NCBI RefSeq assembly: GCF_018350175.1
Contig: NC_058368.1
Span: forward strand, 178,748,001 to 178,812,000
Source: Felis catus
Taxonomy: Eukaryota
Reading direction: 5' to 3'
DNA: 64,000 nt
Shown here piece by piece: positions 27,490 through 39,489 of this stretch. How positions within the stretch are numbered: position 1 is the first letter of the stretch; each line of letters starts with the position of its first letter. A program made the translations under genes and the position numbers. Below the pieces are notes generated by a model that saw nothing but the letters and a program-made list of their open reading frames with translations, was not told the DNA's origin and ran no database searches.

Positions 27490-27960
27490 CCCCTCTTCCT
27501 TCTCTCTCTTCCCAGTTCCCCTCGCCCCCTTATCTCTCTCCTTTCTCCTCGTCACCTGGTTCGCCTTGTTTCTCCTTCATTCTGTCTCTCTTCCCGTTGT
27601 CTCCTCACTTGTCTCTCCCCTTTCCTGCCCTTCTTTCATTCTTAATGTCCTCTCTGCATCTCCTTCTCTCCTTCCCTCCTTGCTGCCAAATTCTGTCCCT
27701 TCTCTTCCTCCCCCTTCTCCGGATTCTGTCTTTTCAAAGCACTGTTCTGGACACCTCTCCTTCCCTTCCTTCTTTCTCTCTCTGAGTTTGTTTCTATCTC
27801 TTTCTACTTCTCTGTCCCCTCTTGCTCATCTCCTGTGTGTTTCTGCTTCTCTCAGCTCTCTTTCACTCCTGTCTGTCTCTCAGTTCCTGTGTGTCGCTTT
27901 CCCTGTCCCCTGTCCCCTCTTCTTGCCCACCCTGACCCCTCATTCTCCGCCCCCTCACTC
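27490..27960 (+). repeat. Low-complexity polypyrimidine (CT-rich) tract just upstream of the FOXI1 promoter
   Basis: About 470 nt dominated by C and T on the plus strand. Confidence 0.85.
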
Positions 27961-28359
27961 AGACTGGATGAGGCACTTTACGGGAAGCCACATCTTTGGG
28001 TCTTCTGAAGTGAAGACACACCTTCTGCAGTTTCAGGAAAGAGCCTGGCCTTGGAGAATCAGAAGAGCAGAAAGGAGCCTGGCCAGAGAGGGCAGCTGGT
28101 CGGCTGTAGGCGCCCTGTGTGCACCCACGCACACCACCCAGGGCAGGCAGGCTGACAGGGCTTGTGGACAGGCCTGGGGATTGTCCCGGAGGAACAGCAG
28201 GGCCCATCAAGACAGTGACCAAAGGAAGAGACTGTGATTGGGCTTCTGGGGAAGATGAGAGAGAACTTGCACTCTGAAAGTTTCTTTCCGCCTGCAGGGG
28301 CCAAGCAGGCCCCCGGGCCACTATCTGATCAAAGGCCTTTCATGTTTCAGATTGCAGGG

Positions 28360-28384
28360 CCCCCCCCCCCCCCCCCCCCCCCCC
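28360..28384. repeat. poly(C)25
   Basis: Read directly; homopolymer length is unreliable in assemblies. Confidence 0.9.
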
Positions 28385-29180
28385 GAGAGCTGAGGCCTGG
28401 AGGAGAGCCCTCCACCCCTCAACTCACCATTCTCCTCACACCATCTCTGCCTCAGGCTCTCGAAGCGGGAGTCCAGCTCTCCCTGCTTCTCTGTGTTACG
28501 GTCGGTCCCTCTCCTCCCTGGGCTTCCTTCTCCTCCTGGAACTTAGAGATGGCTTGCCCCAGGCTTCCTTCATCCCAGGCAGGCTCTCAGCTTGAGGGGA
28601 GGGGAGTGGGCCCCTTCTCAGAGGGTAGGCAGCTGTCCCTGAGCAGGCTTTGGTACAGCCTGAGTACTTCTCTCTTGGATCAGCAGATTGGAAGAAAGTT
28701 CCAGTCCGCTTTCGCTGGTCACCACCTCCCTCCTGCCCTCCTACCTTCCTTCTCCCCATTCAACTTTGTCTCACTCCTCCAGACCCCATGTGCCTGAGGG
28801 GGAAGAAGGAGGTCACTTCCTGTGTTAGCTGGAGGGGCCGCCTCTCAGGGAATCCCCCCTTCCCCGGCTGTCTGCTCTCCTCTACAGCTGTGTCAGGAGA
28901 CTGACGTGTGGGAAACCTGAGGGCCATGGAATGCATCTCGTTTGCAGCATATTAGTGCTCGGAGGATGAGTTCAGGTAACTGGATGGGAGGGGTCCTCCC
29001 AGGTCCTGAGAAACCACCTGTCCCCACTGGGGAACAGTGGATGAAGTGACTCCAAAAGGGCTTGTCTGCCCAGGTTAGGCATGGGGTAAGCATACTGCGC
29101 CTTCTCTCAGAAGAGTAAAGCAAAGGAGGCCCCATCTTTGTTTCAAGTTTCTCTGCTGGGCCTGGCTTGCTGGTGTGTGT

Positions 29181-29199
29181 GGGGGGGGGGGGGGGGGGG
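29181..29199. repeat. poly(G)19
   Basis: Read directly from the sequence. Confidence 0.9.
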
Positions 29200-29417
29200 A
29201 CATGACTCTTTAAGAAACAGTCACATTAGAGACCACCAATACAGACCCCAGGTCTGATGGTATAGCTAACTGTACAGCCAGACCCTGCCATCTACAGCTC
29301 ACAGTCACAGCACCCCAAGTCATGTGACAAGTTCACAGTCAAGCTGGTCAGGAGCCCTTCTCCTAACCCCTTCATCCACCTTTTGCCTATTGCTGGGGTC
29401 TCCTTCTGGAGAGTCAT

Positions 29418-29874
29418 TTTTTTTTAAATTCTTTTTATTAAATTTTTTTAATGTTTATTTATTTTTGAGAGAGAGAAAGACAGACAGAACATGAACAGGG
29501 GAGGGGCAGAGAGAGAAAGACACAGAATCCAAAGCAGGCTCCAGGCTCCGAGCTGTCAGCACAGAGCCTGATGTGGGGCTCAAACTCACAAATTATGAGA
29601 TCATGACCTGAGCCAAAGTCGGACGCCCAACCAACTGAGCCACCCAGGCGCCCCCCCCCCCAAATTTTTTTTAATGTTTATTTATTTTTTTGGGAGAGAG
29701 ATACAGCAGAGGAGGGAGGAGCAGAGAGAGACAGGGAGACACAGAATCTGAAGGAGGCTCCAGGCTCTGAGCTGTCAGCACAGAGCCCGATGTGGGGTTC
29801 AAACTCACAAATCATGAGATCATGACCTGAGCCAAGATCAGACATTTAACCGACTGAGCCACCGAGGCACCCCC
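29418..29874 (-). mobile_element. Two tandem Can-SINEs (about 29418-29660 and 29661-29874)
   Basis: Two complete antisense SINE bodies head to tail, consistent with one inserting into the A-tail of the other. Confidence 0.92.
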
Positions 29875-31134
29875 TGTAGAGGCACTTTTTTGAGGAAGCT
29901 CACCCAAGCCTCCCTGTTGGCTCTTTCCACTGGAGATCAGAGAAAGCCTGGCCTGTCTTAGGAGTCCTGGCCCCATGTGCAGCCGACAGTCCTGAGTCCT
30001 GTGGCTGCAGCTCACAGCCTCTCATGTCCTCCCTCACCTGGCCACAGGATCAGGCCGTCAGGTCGGGGTGCCCAGAGCTTCCCAGAGGCCCTTATCCCTG
30101 ATTTTCATGAGCATTGCTGTGGTCTTCGGGGTAGGTGACAGGAGCTGGCTGTTCCTATCCCCAGGGGAAGTTTGGGAGTTACAGCCCAGATGCCCCCTGA
30201 CGAGTCCTGGAGCCTCTGGGAAAGTTATCAAATGTCTCTATAAACGAGGGTCATTTTGTGGAGGAAATTATTTCAGGCTTTTGAATTTCCCACGAGTGGA
30301 AATCCTAACCTGAGAAACTTGAAGGAAATAAACAAAACGTTGGGCAGGTGTGGCCCTAGGGCAGCTTAGGGAGTGCTGAGGCTGAACTTTTCCTTCCAGA
30401 GGGAGGCCTCTGTGAATGAGAATGACCCCGAATTATGATATCTGGGATGGAGCAATAGAACATGAAAAACTCTGGGCTCTGGGCTTCTGTGGAGCTGGGT
30501 TCCAATCCCTGTCTTGCTATTGGTAGTTGTGTGATCTTAGCCACATTTCTTATCTTACAAGGTCTCGCTTTGCTTACTGTTATATGGAGCTGCACGTCAA
30601 AACTGTCTCGTGGAGATTATACAGGAAAAAGTGATGTGATATGTATAAACTGTAGAGCCCGAGATCTGGCAACTGCTGGATGACAGGTGTTGTCAGGGAG
30701 GTGGCTCTGGGCAGGAGGCCTGGTGTCGTCTCCTCCAGCCCAGGTTTCACCATTGGCTCTCACCTTGGGAAAATCTTGCCATTTGGGGTGACGCCTGGGG
30801 AAAGAAGGAAGGCCTGCCGCTGTCCTGGAGTACGTGCCCAGCACACAGCTGTGTGCACTGCTGGGCCCAGAAGCCCAAGGAAGCTCAAGGCCTACAGAAA
30901 GGGTGAATGTGCACAGGCCCCATCTAGACCATGGCTGGCCAGGGCCTCCACCCCTGGCCTTGACTTTTGGAGGGGTGGAAGAGTGTGTGAGGAAACAGGC
31001 AGGCGGTGGGGGGTGATGAATAACCAGAGACAGAGGAGGCAAGTGGGGTGTGATCTGGCCAGTGCTGCATTGCAAGGCAGTGCAGGGGGCAGACAGACTT
31101 TGGAGCCAAACTTTCTACATCTGAATGCTAATGG

Positions 31135-31378
31135 CTTCTTCTTCTTCTCCTCCTTCTCCTTCTCCTTCTCCTTCTCCTTCTCCTTGTTTATTTATTTATT
31201 CTGAGAGAGAGAATGCACGAGCAGGGGACAGGGCAGAGAGAGAGAGGGAAAGAGAGAATCCCGAGCAGGCTCCTCACTGTCAGCGCGGAGCCCGACGCAG
31301 GGCTGGAACCCATAACCGTGAGATCATGACCTGAGCTGAAGCTGGACGCTCAACTGACTGAGCCACCCAGGTGGCCCC
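31135..31378 (-). mobile_element. Can-SINE whose tail has become a (TTCTCC)n repeat
   Basis: SINE body at about 31185-31378; (ttc)n/(ttctcc)n at 31136-31183. Confidence 0.88.
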
Positions 31379-32699
31379 TGACTCTACTTCTTAATATGGC
31401 ACTGCCTAGTTCCTTAATGACACTAGAATACCTCAGATAGCAACTGACCGTTCTGGGCCTGTTTCTCACCTGTGATGGAGAAAACCAGCTCCCTCCACGT
31501 GTTGCTTTGAGGACTAAGTCCCAGAGAGTTGGCACATGCTCAGTAAACATGAGCCCTCATCAGGGACTCAGGAGCCTGAGGGTGGGGGAAAAGGCCGGTG
31601 CCCACCAGCTGGGGCTACCGCATTCTCAGGCTCGTGGACGCTACCTGCCTTCTCCCCAGTTTCCCTTCGGTAGGGGCTTGGCTTCTAGAGCTCTTTTCCT
31701 TTCTACACATACGACACAAGTAGCTTCCGAGTCCCAGGGTTTCCAGGTCGGGATGGGGCATCAGGGGATTTGGGACTAGCTTCGTCTCTGTGCCAGTTTC
31801 TTTACCTGTAAAAATGAGTATGAGAAACTGTGGTTTTACTACCTACTGTCTACAAATAGTCGTCTATGAACAGCTATGAGTTGCCATCTGGGTGTCCTTT
31901 CTTGCTCACCAAAGCTGTGTCTCAGAATACGCTGGGGCTTGCCATGGGGCCGGCTTCTCTGTCCCAAGTGTGGGCTTTGAGGAAGTCTGGCCCAGGCGTC
32001 AGCCAGGTTGACTCTCATCCCGGTGCTCTCTCCTCTCTGCTGTTGTGGCTTCTGGTTGAGCTTGAGGCTAGAGAAACATAGACATATACCGCCCTCTGGT
32101 GGCCATCTATTTAAAAGCAGGGAGCGGAGAGCAGAGATTCCATGACCTTTCCGTGACCTCGAAGGGGCACGTTAGGGAAATGAACAACACATTCAAAGGA
32201 GCAATTGTGCCCTGGGGGCAAAAAAAAAAAACCCATTGTCATTCCACTGCGATGGAAGTAGTGGGAACTGGATTATCAGTGCAGCAAAATGTCTTAGAAG
32301 TCAGCCAAGTGGCAATCGCACTAGTAGAAATTAAAATCCAATTCCTCAGATCGTGTTCTCCGAGTGCCTTGCCTTGCTTAATCTCTGAACCTGTGCTCCC
32401 TCCTCTGTACAATGAGGATAACCAGGGTCACCTCCTTCAGAGGGCTGTTGCAAGGACTGAATGAGACAGCCTAGGAAAGGCCTCTGATGTGCTTGGCAGT
32501 AAGTCATCACCTCACGCATTCAGCAAATACTATTTGATCATCTCTACAGCAGCATTTCTGGGGGGTGCGGGACACTGTGACAGCCACACAGTGTTGAGGC
32601 TCCTGATTTTTCATCTTTGTGCAGTACCTGTAGTTTGATTTACTTACTAACTTTTTAACTGGCTCTCAAACTTTTTTTTTTTTTTTTACTTAACGAATT

Positions 32700-32913
32700 T
32701 ATTTAAAAAATTTTTTTTGACATTTATTTATTAGAGAGACACAGAGCATGAACATGGCAAGGGCAGAGAAAGAGGGAGACACAGAATCTGAACCAGGCTC
32801 CAGGCTCTGAGCTGTCAGCACAGAGCCCCAGGTGGGGCTTGAACTCACAAACCACGAGGTCATGACCTGAGCTGAAGTCGGATGCTTAACCGACTGAGCC
32901 ACCTAGGTGGCCC
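32700..32913 (-). mobile_element. Can-SINE
   Basis: SINE motifs. TSD ttaac(g/a)aatttattt on both sides. Confidence 0.92.
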
Positions 32914-33267
32914 TTAACAAATTTATTTTGAAGATAAACTGTATCTGACTTTTGGAAATGGGTCATCAGTAATCAGTATCGCTTGCCATAAATAGAATGA
33001 GAAGAATTAGCCTTTATCTAGAGTTTACAATGTGCTGGGCACAGCCCGAACTGTTACCCATTATCTCATTCAGTGGTCGCTGTAATCATCCCCATTTTAT
33101 AGATGAACAAACTGAGACAGTACAGGCCTAAGCCTGCTCACTCTTTGCAAGAAGGTGAGACCAGCAACCATTAGGAAGGGGATGAAACACAGGCCAAGGA
33201 CTATCTCCTTGGAGAAGGTACAGGGATCAGAAGAGAATAGAAAGGAAGAGATCTTTCTCATCATGAG

Positions 33268-33972
33268 AGTGGTAGACAGAATAATGACTGCCCCCTCCCC
33301 ATCACAGGATGTCAGCCCAGATCCCCAGAACGTGAATTTGCCATCTTCCAAGGTAAAGGGGACTTTGCAGAAGTGATTAAGTTAAAGACCACAGGGACCA
33401 AGAAGCCTGCATTATCCAGGTGGGTCCAATGTAATCAGAACTGTCCTCACAAGAGAGAGACAGGGAGATCCGGTAACAAGAGATGCGACAATGGAGGCAG
33501 AGATTAGAGCAATGTGGGCATGAGCCAAGGAATGCTACCTGCTTTGCAGCTTTTAGAGGTTGGAAGAGGCAAGAAAATATACTGTCCCCTGGCATTTCTG
33601 GAAGGAACCAGCCCTACTGTCATCTTGATTTTCACCCATTAGACTTATTTCTGGGGGCTCCTGGGTGGCTCAGTCAGCTGAGCGTCCCACTTCGGCTCAG
33701 GTCATGATCTCACAGCTCGTGAGTTTGAGCCCCGCGTCGGGCTCCGTGCTGACAGCTCGGAGCCTGGAGCCTGCTTCTGCTTCTGTGTCTCCCTCTCTCT
33801 CTGCCCCTAACCCACTCGCATTCTGTCTCTGTCTCTCTCAAAAATAAATATTTAAAAAAAAAAGACTTATTTCTGATTTCTGATCTCAAGAACAGTAAGA
33901 GAATAGATCTGTGTTGTTTTAAGCCACTAAGTTTGCAATAATTTGTTACACCAGCAACAGGAAACCAATACA
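33268..33972 (+). mobile_element. MaLR solo LTR (MLT1D-like) containing a SINE
   Basis: tggtagacagaataatg...ggactttgcagaagtgattaagttaaag ... gttttaagccactaagtttgcaataatttgttacaccagcaacaggaaaccaataca. Confidence 0.8.
33654..33862 (+). mobile_element. Can-SINE
   Basis: Perfect TSD agacttatttctg at 33641-33653 and 33863-33875. Confidence 0.95.
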
Positions 33973-35063
33973 ATTGGATTCCATGTTACGTGGAGCTGTG
34001 ACCCTGCCCACCGGTGATCCCCTCCCAGGCTACCAGGGCCTTGTCTTATACTTGGGGAAACACAGTCTGGTCAACAAGAAGTCCCCTACCTCCCTTCCCC
34101 CACCTCTTGGTGAAGAACACAGGTCGGGACCGTGGATTTAGGGGTTTGGTCACTTATTTCATTCTGGGACTTTCATGGGTTGTGGTGGACCCTCTGGGCC
34201 TCAGTTTCCTCATAAGCAATTGGAAGGCAATGCTGTGTGATTTTCAAGGCCTTGCCCAGCGGGTCCTACCTATGGAGCTCATTAAAAGGCATTCTCCTGG
34301 GCCCAGGCCCCAGAGATTCTGACTTGTGAGGCCCGGGTGGGGCCTGGGCACCAGTGCTCCGAAGCATACCCAGCTTAGAGAGCAAGCGATCTGGGGATCC
34401 AGCCCCTGTGCCCAAAGTCATCCCTCAGAAAACTGCCCTCAACCGCCTGTTCCTTGGAGCCCATAGCATCAAGCCCCTGATCTACTGCTTCCAAGCTGTG
34501 TGATCCAGGACAAGGGCCTGTGCCTCTCTGGGCCTATTTCCTCACCTGTAATTTGGGACCAATAGTAATCTATACTTCAGAAGGTGGCTGTGAAATTTCA
34601 GAAATTCAGGACAAAATGCTGAGAAGAGTGCCTGGCACATAGTAGGTGCCATGCATGTTGCCTCTCAAGTTACTGGTTCCTCAGCATGGTGTTCAGGACC
34701 GAGCACGCCCCCAGCCTCAGCCAACCTCTCCTGTCTCATCCTCGCCCACTCTCGGTACCCTTCCTTGGCTCATGGCCTTGTGAGCTTCTAATGAGCCCTC
34801 AGGTCCAGGCACCTTCCCTTTGTCTGGAATGCCCTTCTTCTCCACCTGGAGAACCCTGACTTAACCTTTCAATGCCAACTCAACGCCATCTTCCCAGGGA
34901 AGCCTTCCTCTTGGTGTCCAGGCCGCTGTTTCTTCCCTCCGGTTTCCCTCCATACCAGGAACCGGTTCAGCCTTTGCCATGATGACCAGTTTATTGCCTG
35001 ACTTCACTATGGGGCCTGCAGTCCCTTGAGGTAAGGATGGTAGTTTTTTCCAGGGCTTTGAAC

Positions 35064-35256
35064 AATGTTTGTTTATTTTAAGTGTTATGTATGTATGTAT
35101 GTATTTTGAGAGAGAGAGAGAGAGAGAAATTCCAAGCAGGCTCCACACCGTCAGCACAGAGCCTGATGTGGGGCTTGAACCCACAAACTGTGACATCATG
35201 ACTTGAGCTGAAACCAAGAGTCAGATGCTTAACTGACTGAGTCACCCAGGTGTCCC
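35064..35256 (-). mobile_element. Can-SINE (older)
   Basis: SINE motifs with a diverged TSD (ctttgaacaatgt / ctttggacgatgt). Confidence 0.88.
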
Positions 35257-35721
35257 GGGACTTTGGACGATGTCAAGCACAAATTAAGCTCTAAGCACAT
35301 TTGTGAGGGAGGGAGAAGAGGCTGTGGGATGTCACTTCGCTTTGTTCTGTGGAAATTGGGGCCATCGTCGTGACTATCCCGGAGGGTCTCCATAAATCAG
35401 AAATGAGTTGAGGCCTCTAAAGTGCCTGGCCCAGTGGCCTCCCACTCTCACCGTGTGTCAGTGGTCACTGTGCTTACCCAGGGTCCAGCTGGGTGGATTT
35501 TCACCGGTGACCTGCCCAGAAGGCCATTCCTAAGATCAAGGGAAACCACACCTGTTCGTTTGTAAACGTGGCCACAGCATTGAAAAGCCAAGCAGCCGCT
35601 TTTCCAGGAACCTAATGCTTTCCTCAGTGTTCACTGGTGTAAAGCCATTGTAATTAACATTAGATTTCTCATAACGTTCGACACCAAATATATTATTTAT
35701 TTTTAATTTTAAACTCTTTTT

Positions 35722-35941
35722 TTTTTAATTTTTTTTTTCAACGTTTATTTATTTTTGGGACAGAGAGAGACAGAGCATGAACGGGGGAGGGGCAGAGAGA
35801 GAGGGAGACACAGAATCGGAAACAGGCTCCAGGCTCTGAGCCATCAGCCCAGAGCCTGACGCGGGGCTCGAACTCACGGACCGCGAGATCGTGACCTGGC
35901 TGAAGTCGGACGCTTAACCGACTGCGCCACCCAGGCGCCCC
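35722..35941 (-). mobile_element. Very young SINEC_Fc-type SINE
   Basis: Nearly all CpGs intact. Perfect 17-bp TSD aattttaaactcttttt at 35705-35721 and 35942-35958. Confidence 0.96.
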
Positions 35942-36295
35942 AATTTTAAACTCTTTTTAAGATCTGTGTGAATTTTGGGGGTCTATCATAGAGACAGATT
36001 TTTCATCCACTACATCCCTTCCCCTCAATTTCATAAATAGTGATAAATAACTGGACCCAACCCTCTTAAGAATTTTTCTCATTGGAATCACTAAGAAATT
36101 GAGTCTAAGGAAAACAATATGGTTTATTGTGCTTATTATTATAAGAGTTTGGTTATTAGACCTTATTATTATAAGGATTCTTTATTATAAGACTCTCAGT
36201 AAATAGAACACATTAATATTTTATAGATCACTATTGAAGTCTTTCAGCCTGGTACCTGCTCCATAGGTTTGTTAAAAACAATTCTTGCCTTTTCT

Positions 36296-36510
36296 TTCTT
36301 TCTTTTTTTTAAATTTTTTTTTAACGTTTATTTATTATTGAAAGACAGAGAGAGTCAGAGCGTGAGCAGGGGAGGGGCAGAGAGAGAGGGAAACACAGAA
36401 TCTGTAGCAGCTCCAGGCTCCAAGCTGTCAGCACAGAGCCCGATGTGGGGCTCGAACTCACAGACCACAAGATCCTGACCTGAGCCAAAGTTGGACGCTC
36501 AACCGACTCA
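36296..36510 (-). mobile_element. Slightly 5'-truncated Can-SINE
   Basis: TSD aattcttgccttttct at 36280-36295 and 36511-36526. Lacks the GGGGCGCCTGGGTGGC head. Confidence 0.92.
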
Positions 36511-38711
36511 AATTCTTGCCTTTTCTGTACTCTGTCCAGACTCCCAGGCAACAGGAGAAACCCACCCTAAACTCCCAGCCCCATCCCCTCAAGCAGGATG
36601 GTTTCCTGTAATGCCTGTGCCTCTGTTCTTCACCTGCCCTACTCTCTTGCTTCCTGAGCCTACTTCTGACAAGAATCCTTGGAAGAGGACATTTGGCTTC
36701 AGAGCTGGTCCCTCCCCCTTCGAGTACCCCTCATTACCCCACTCCTGGGCCTCACTCCCCCAGAGGTGTTACTCTTAGCAGAATTTAAACTTCTCCATGT
36801 ACAGACCCACCATGGTGGCTCCAATGGTGTGTGTCCCATCTAGAGACACTTGTACTTTGGGGATCACACTAATGGTGCTTTGTACTGAATACCCCTGATG
36901 AAGGGGTTCTGGAGAGGAGGTATACTGTTCTTTAGCCCCTGGTCTCAGAAGAATTAATGAGTGCAAGAGTGAGGAGTTCTCTGTGCACTGTTCCTGGATT
37001 ATCTTCCCTTTGGGAAAGGGAAAGTGAGTGATTTTGGACCCAGTGGCCTTGGAAGTATACCACTTTGCATTGGTCAATAAATTCTGTTCACAAGAATGTT
37101 TCAATTCCTTCCATTAGTAAACATCATCTCTTCAAGCAGAGTCCAACCAGGGGGCTGATGGCAACCTAGAGCCCCTCTCTAATGGGCAAGTCTTGGGAGT
37201 GAATCAATCACGAATCATTGAACCCTCACTTGGGCTTCAAGAATGAAGATAGTGATCACCGTGGCTGCTGTTGGGTCTCTAGCATGTGCTATGGCACCAG
37301 AGAATGGTAGGTGCTCCCTTGCTGTCGGTCAGTGTTGGGGTAGTTGTGTCTGGGGGGCATGGAGCTGTGGAGCAGAAGTGGGAGTGTGGGGTGCACCGTG
37401 GAAGGCCAGGACCTCGGAGAAGGCCATGTTCTTCCTGTTTGCTTAGTGCCTGAGACACTGCAGATCTCTTTGCAGGTCCCTAGAAGTCACCCTGGCTGGG
37501 ACACTGTGCAGGTCCAGAGCTGAGGTCCGTGTGTCACTGCTACTGTTTCTGCCACCAGCCAAGTGCACCCTCAGGAGAATCCCCCACACTGAGGATGCAC
37601 CTCCTTGGATTGGGGGTGCCAGACCAGGGCGGGCAGGGGAGTGGTGCCTCTCCCAGCAGCACCAAAGCTCTACTGTAACCACCAAAGTTCTCTCTTGCCT
37701 CTTTTGAAAGAGCCTCTTGCCGACAGTGCAATATTTGGTGAGCCTGCAGGGCTGACTCACAGAGAGCTGACAAACACCGTTGCCCCACGGCCTTAGTTCC
37801 TCCAGCTGGCTTACTGTCTATCTGGCATCATTGTTTGTCACAGATGAGGAAACGGAGGCTTAGGGAGGCCAAGTGCCTTTTCCAAGGTCACGGTCTCTGA
37901 TTACTTCTCTCCAGGAACCATGGATTCTTCTGGAATGACATTCCCTCATTAATGACCTTGGGGATTTCCCAGGAGAAAGGCAGAGACAAAGGGTGCTAAG
38001 CCAGCACACCACTTCTTCCAATTAGACTTCTCTTTCACTCTCTGCAAGCAAAACAAAGCGACTACAGCAGTGGTGGGGCAGTCTGCCCAGCAGCCTCCAA
38101 TCCCCAGCAAATGTTTTGAACACAAGGCTCAATGAAAGGGCGAGAGTCGTGAGGTCCGGCCCGGTGAGGCGTGGTCTGGCTGCTGTGATCCCCTGGGTTC
38201 CGGTGGGAGTGAGCTACACCCACTCCATGCTCTTCTCCGCGTCCTCCACCCCCTGGGGCCAGTGAGGAGGCATTTGGACGGAAAAGCCAGACCACCGCCC
38301 ACCGACACCACACAGCCAGGCTGACCAGCCACAGTCCCTGGGTTTCTCGCCGATCGCAAGTAAAACTTCACGTGAGGCAGTGCGAGATCTGTCTTCCCAA
38401 TGCTGCCAAAGGGACTGGAGAATGGAGCCTGGAAGTGTGGGGAATTGGTTCATCTTCACTCCGACCAGAGAGAAACAGGAGATGGAACCTTCTCCATGTA
38501 GCCTGCCCAGGGCTGTGAGAGCGGATGAGGAGATACACCTGTGAGCAACGTTTCTGCGGCTTGTCGTGAAGCCGTGGCCAGCACAGCCACGTGGCATCTT
38601 GAATGGCTCCCGTCCTTCCCTGCCTCACTGCTCTTTTCCCTCCCTCTTGCTGCCTGGGCATGCCCTCCCGGATAAAGGGTCAGCTTCTGATCCTTGGGTT
38701 ATGTTTTCTTG

Positions 38712-38860
38712 GTTAGCGCTTCTCAAATTTTTATGTGCGTGTGAATCACCAGGGGCTCTTGTTAAAATGCAGTGCCAGTTCGGTGGGCCTGGGTGGAGCC
38801 CGGGATTCTGCATTTCTAACCGGCTCCCAGGGATGCCACGAGGAAGCTCTGCAGACTAGT
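38712..38860. mobile_element. MER5A-like hAT DNA transposon relic
   Basis: ttctcaaattt...gaatcacca...cttgttaaaatgcag...gggtggagccc...ctgcatttctaac..gctcccagggatgc. Confidence 0.7.
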
Positions 38861-39153
38861 CTAAATCGTGAGATCCTAGGGGACTCGGGCTATCATAATT
38901 GGAACCAGGAGTGGATTTAGGAAATACAGTTTCCAGATGGGGTTTTGGAACTACAGTGGCCTTGTGTCTAAAGGCAATAGGGACCTCACGGTAGGTGGGG
39001 GGGGGGGGGGGTAATAGCTCCTAGCATGCAGTGATGTCATAATTCCTCTTGCTTCCACCCACAAAATGAGGTGTGGGTGGAGCATGGTATTGGGGGATGA
39101 GGCAACTGAGGTGCTGAACTAGTTCCAGAGTCGTGATAATCACAAAAACTGTA

Positions 39154-39356
39154 GGGGCGCCTGGGTGGCTCAGTCGGTTAAGCGTTCAACTCTTGATTTC
39201 AGCTCAGGTCATGATCTCAAGGGTCATGAGTTCAAGCCCCACATCAGGCTCTGTGCTGGCAGCACGGAGCCTACTTGGGATTCTCTGTCTCTTCCCCCTT
39301 TTTCTCTGCCCCTCCCCTGCTCATGCTGTCTTTGTCTGAAAATAAATAAATAAAAA
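39154..39356 (+). mobile_element. Can-SINE
   Basis: GGGGCGCCTGGGTGGCTCAGTCGGTTAAGCG head and an (AAAT)n tail. Confidence 0.93.
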
Positions 39357-39489
39357 CTTAAAGCAAAAATTAGAAAACAAAACCAAACCGTAGAGTAGGG
39401 TGGCTTCTTACCATGGCCCAGGAGATCTTCCAAATAGAATGTGGTGGGCTAGGACAGCTGCAGGCATGTTCTCCAAGTCTAAGTGCCTC

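Noticed and set aside
27566..28237. 223-aa Leu/Ser/Pro-rich ORF (likewise 57221-57907)
   Set aside because: An artefact of polypyrimidine low-complexity sequence lacking stop codons.
34960..34967. Perfect GRHL palindrome AACCGGTT upstream of FOXI1
   Set aside because: A single 8-mer in L2-like degenerate repeat sequence; about one chance occurrence is expected in 64 kb.
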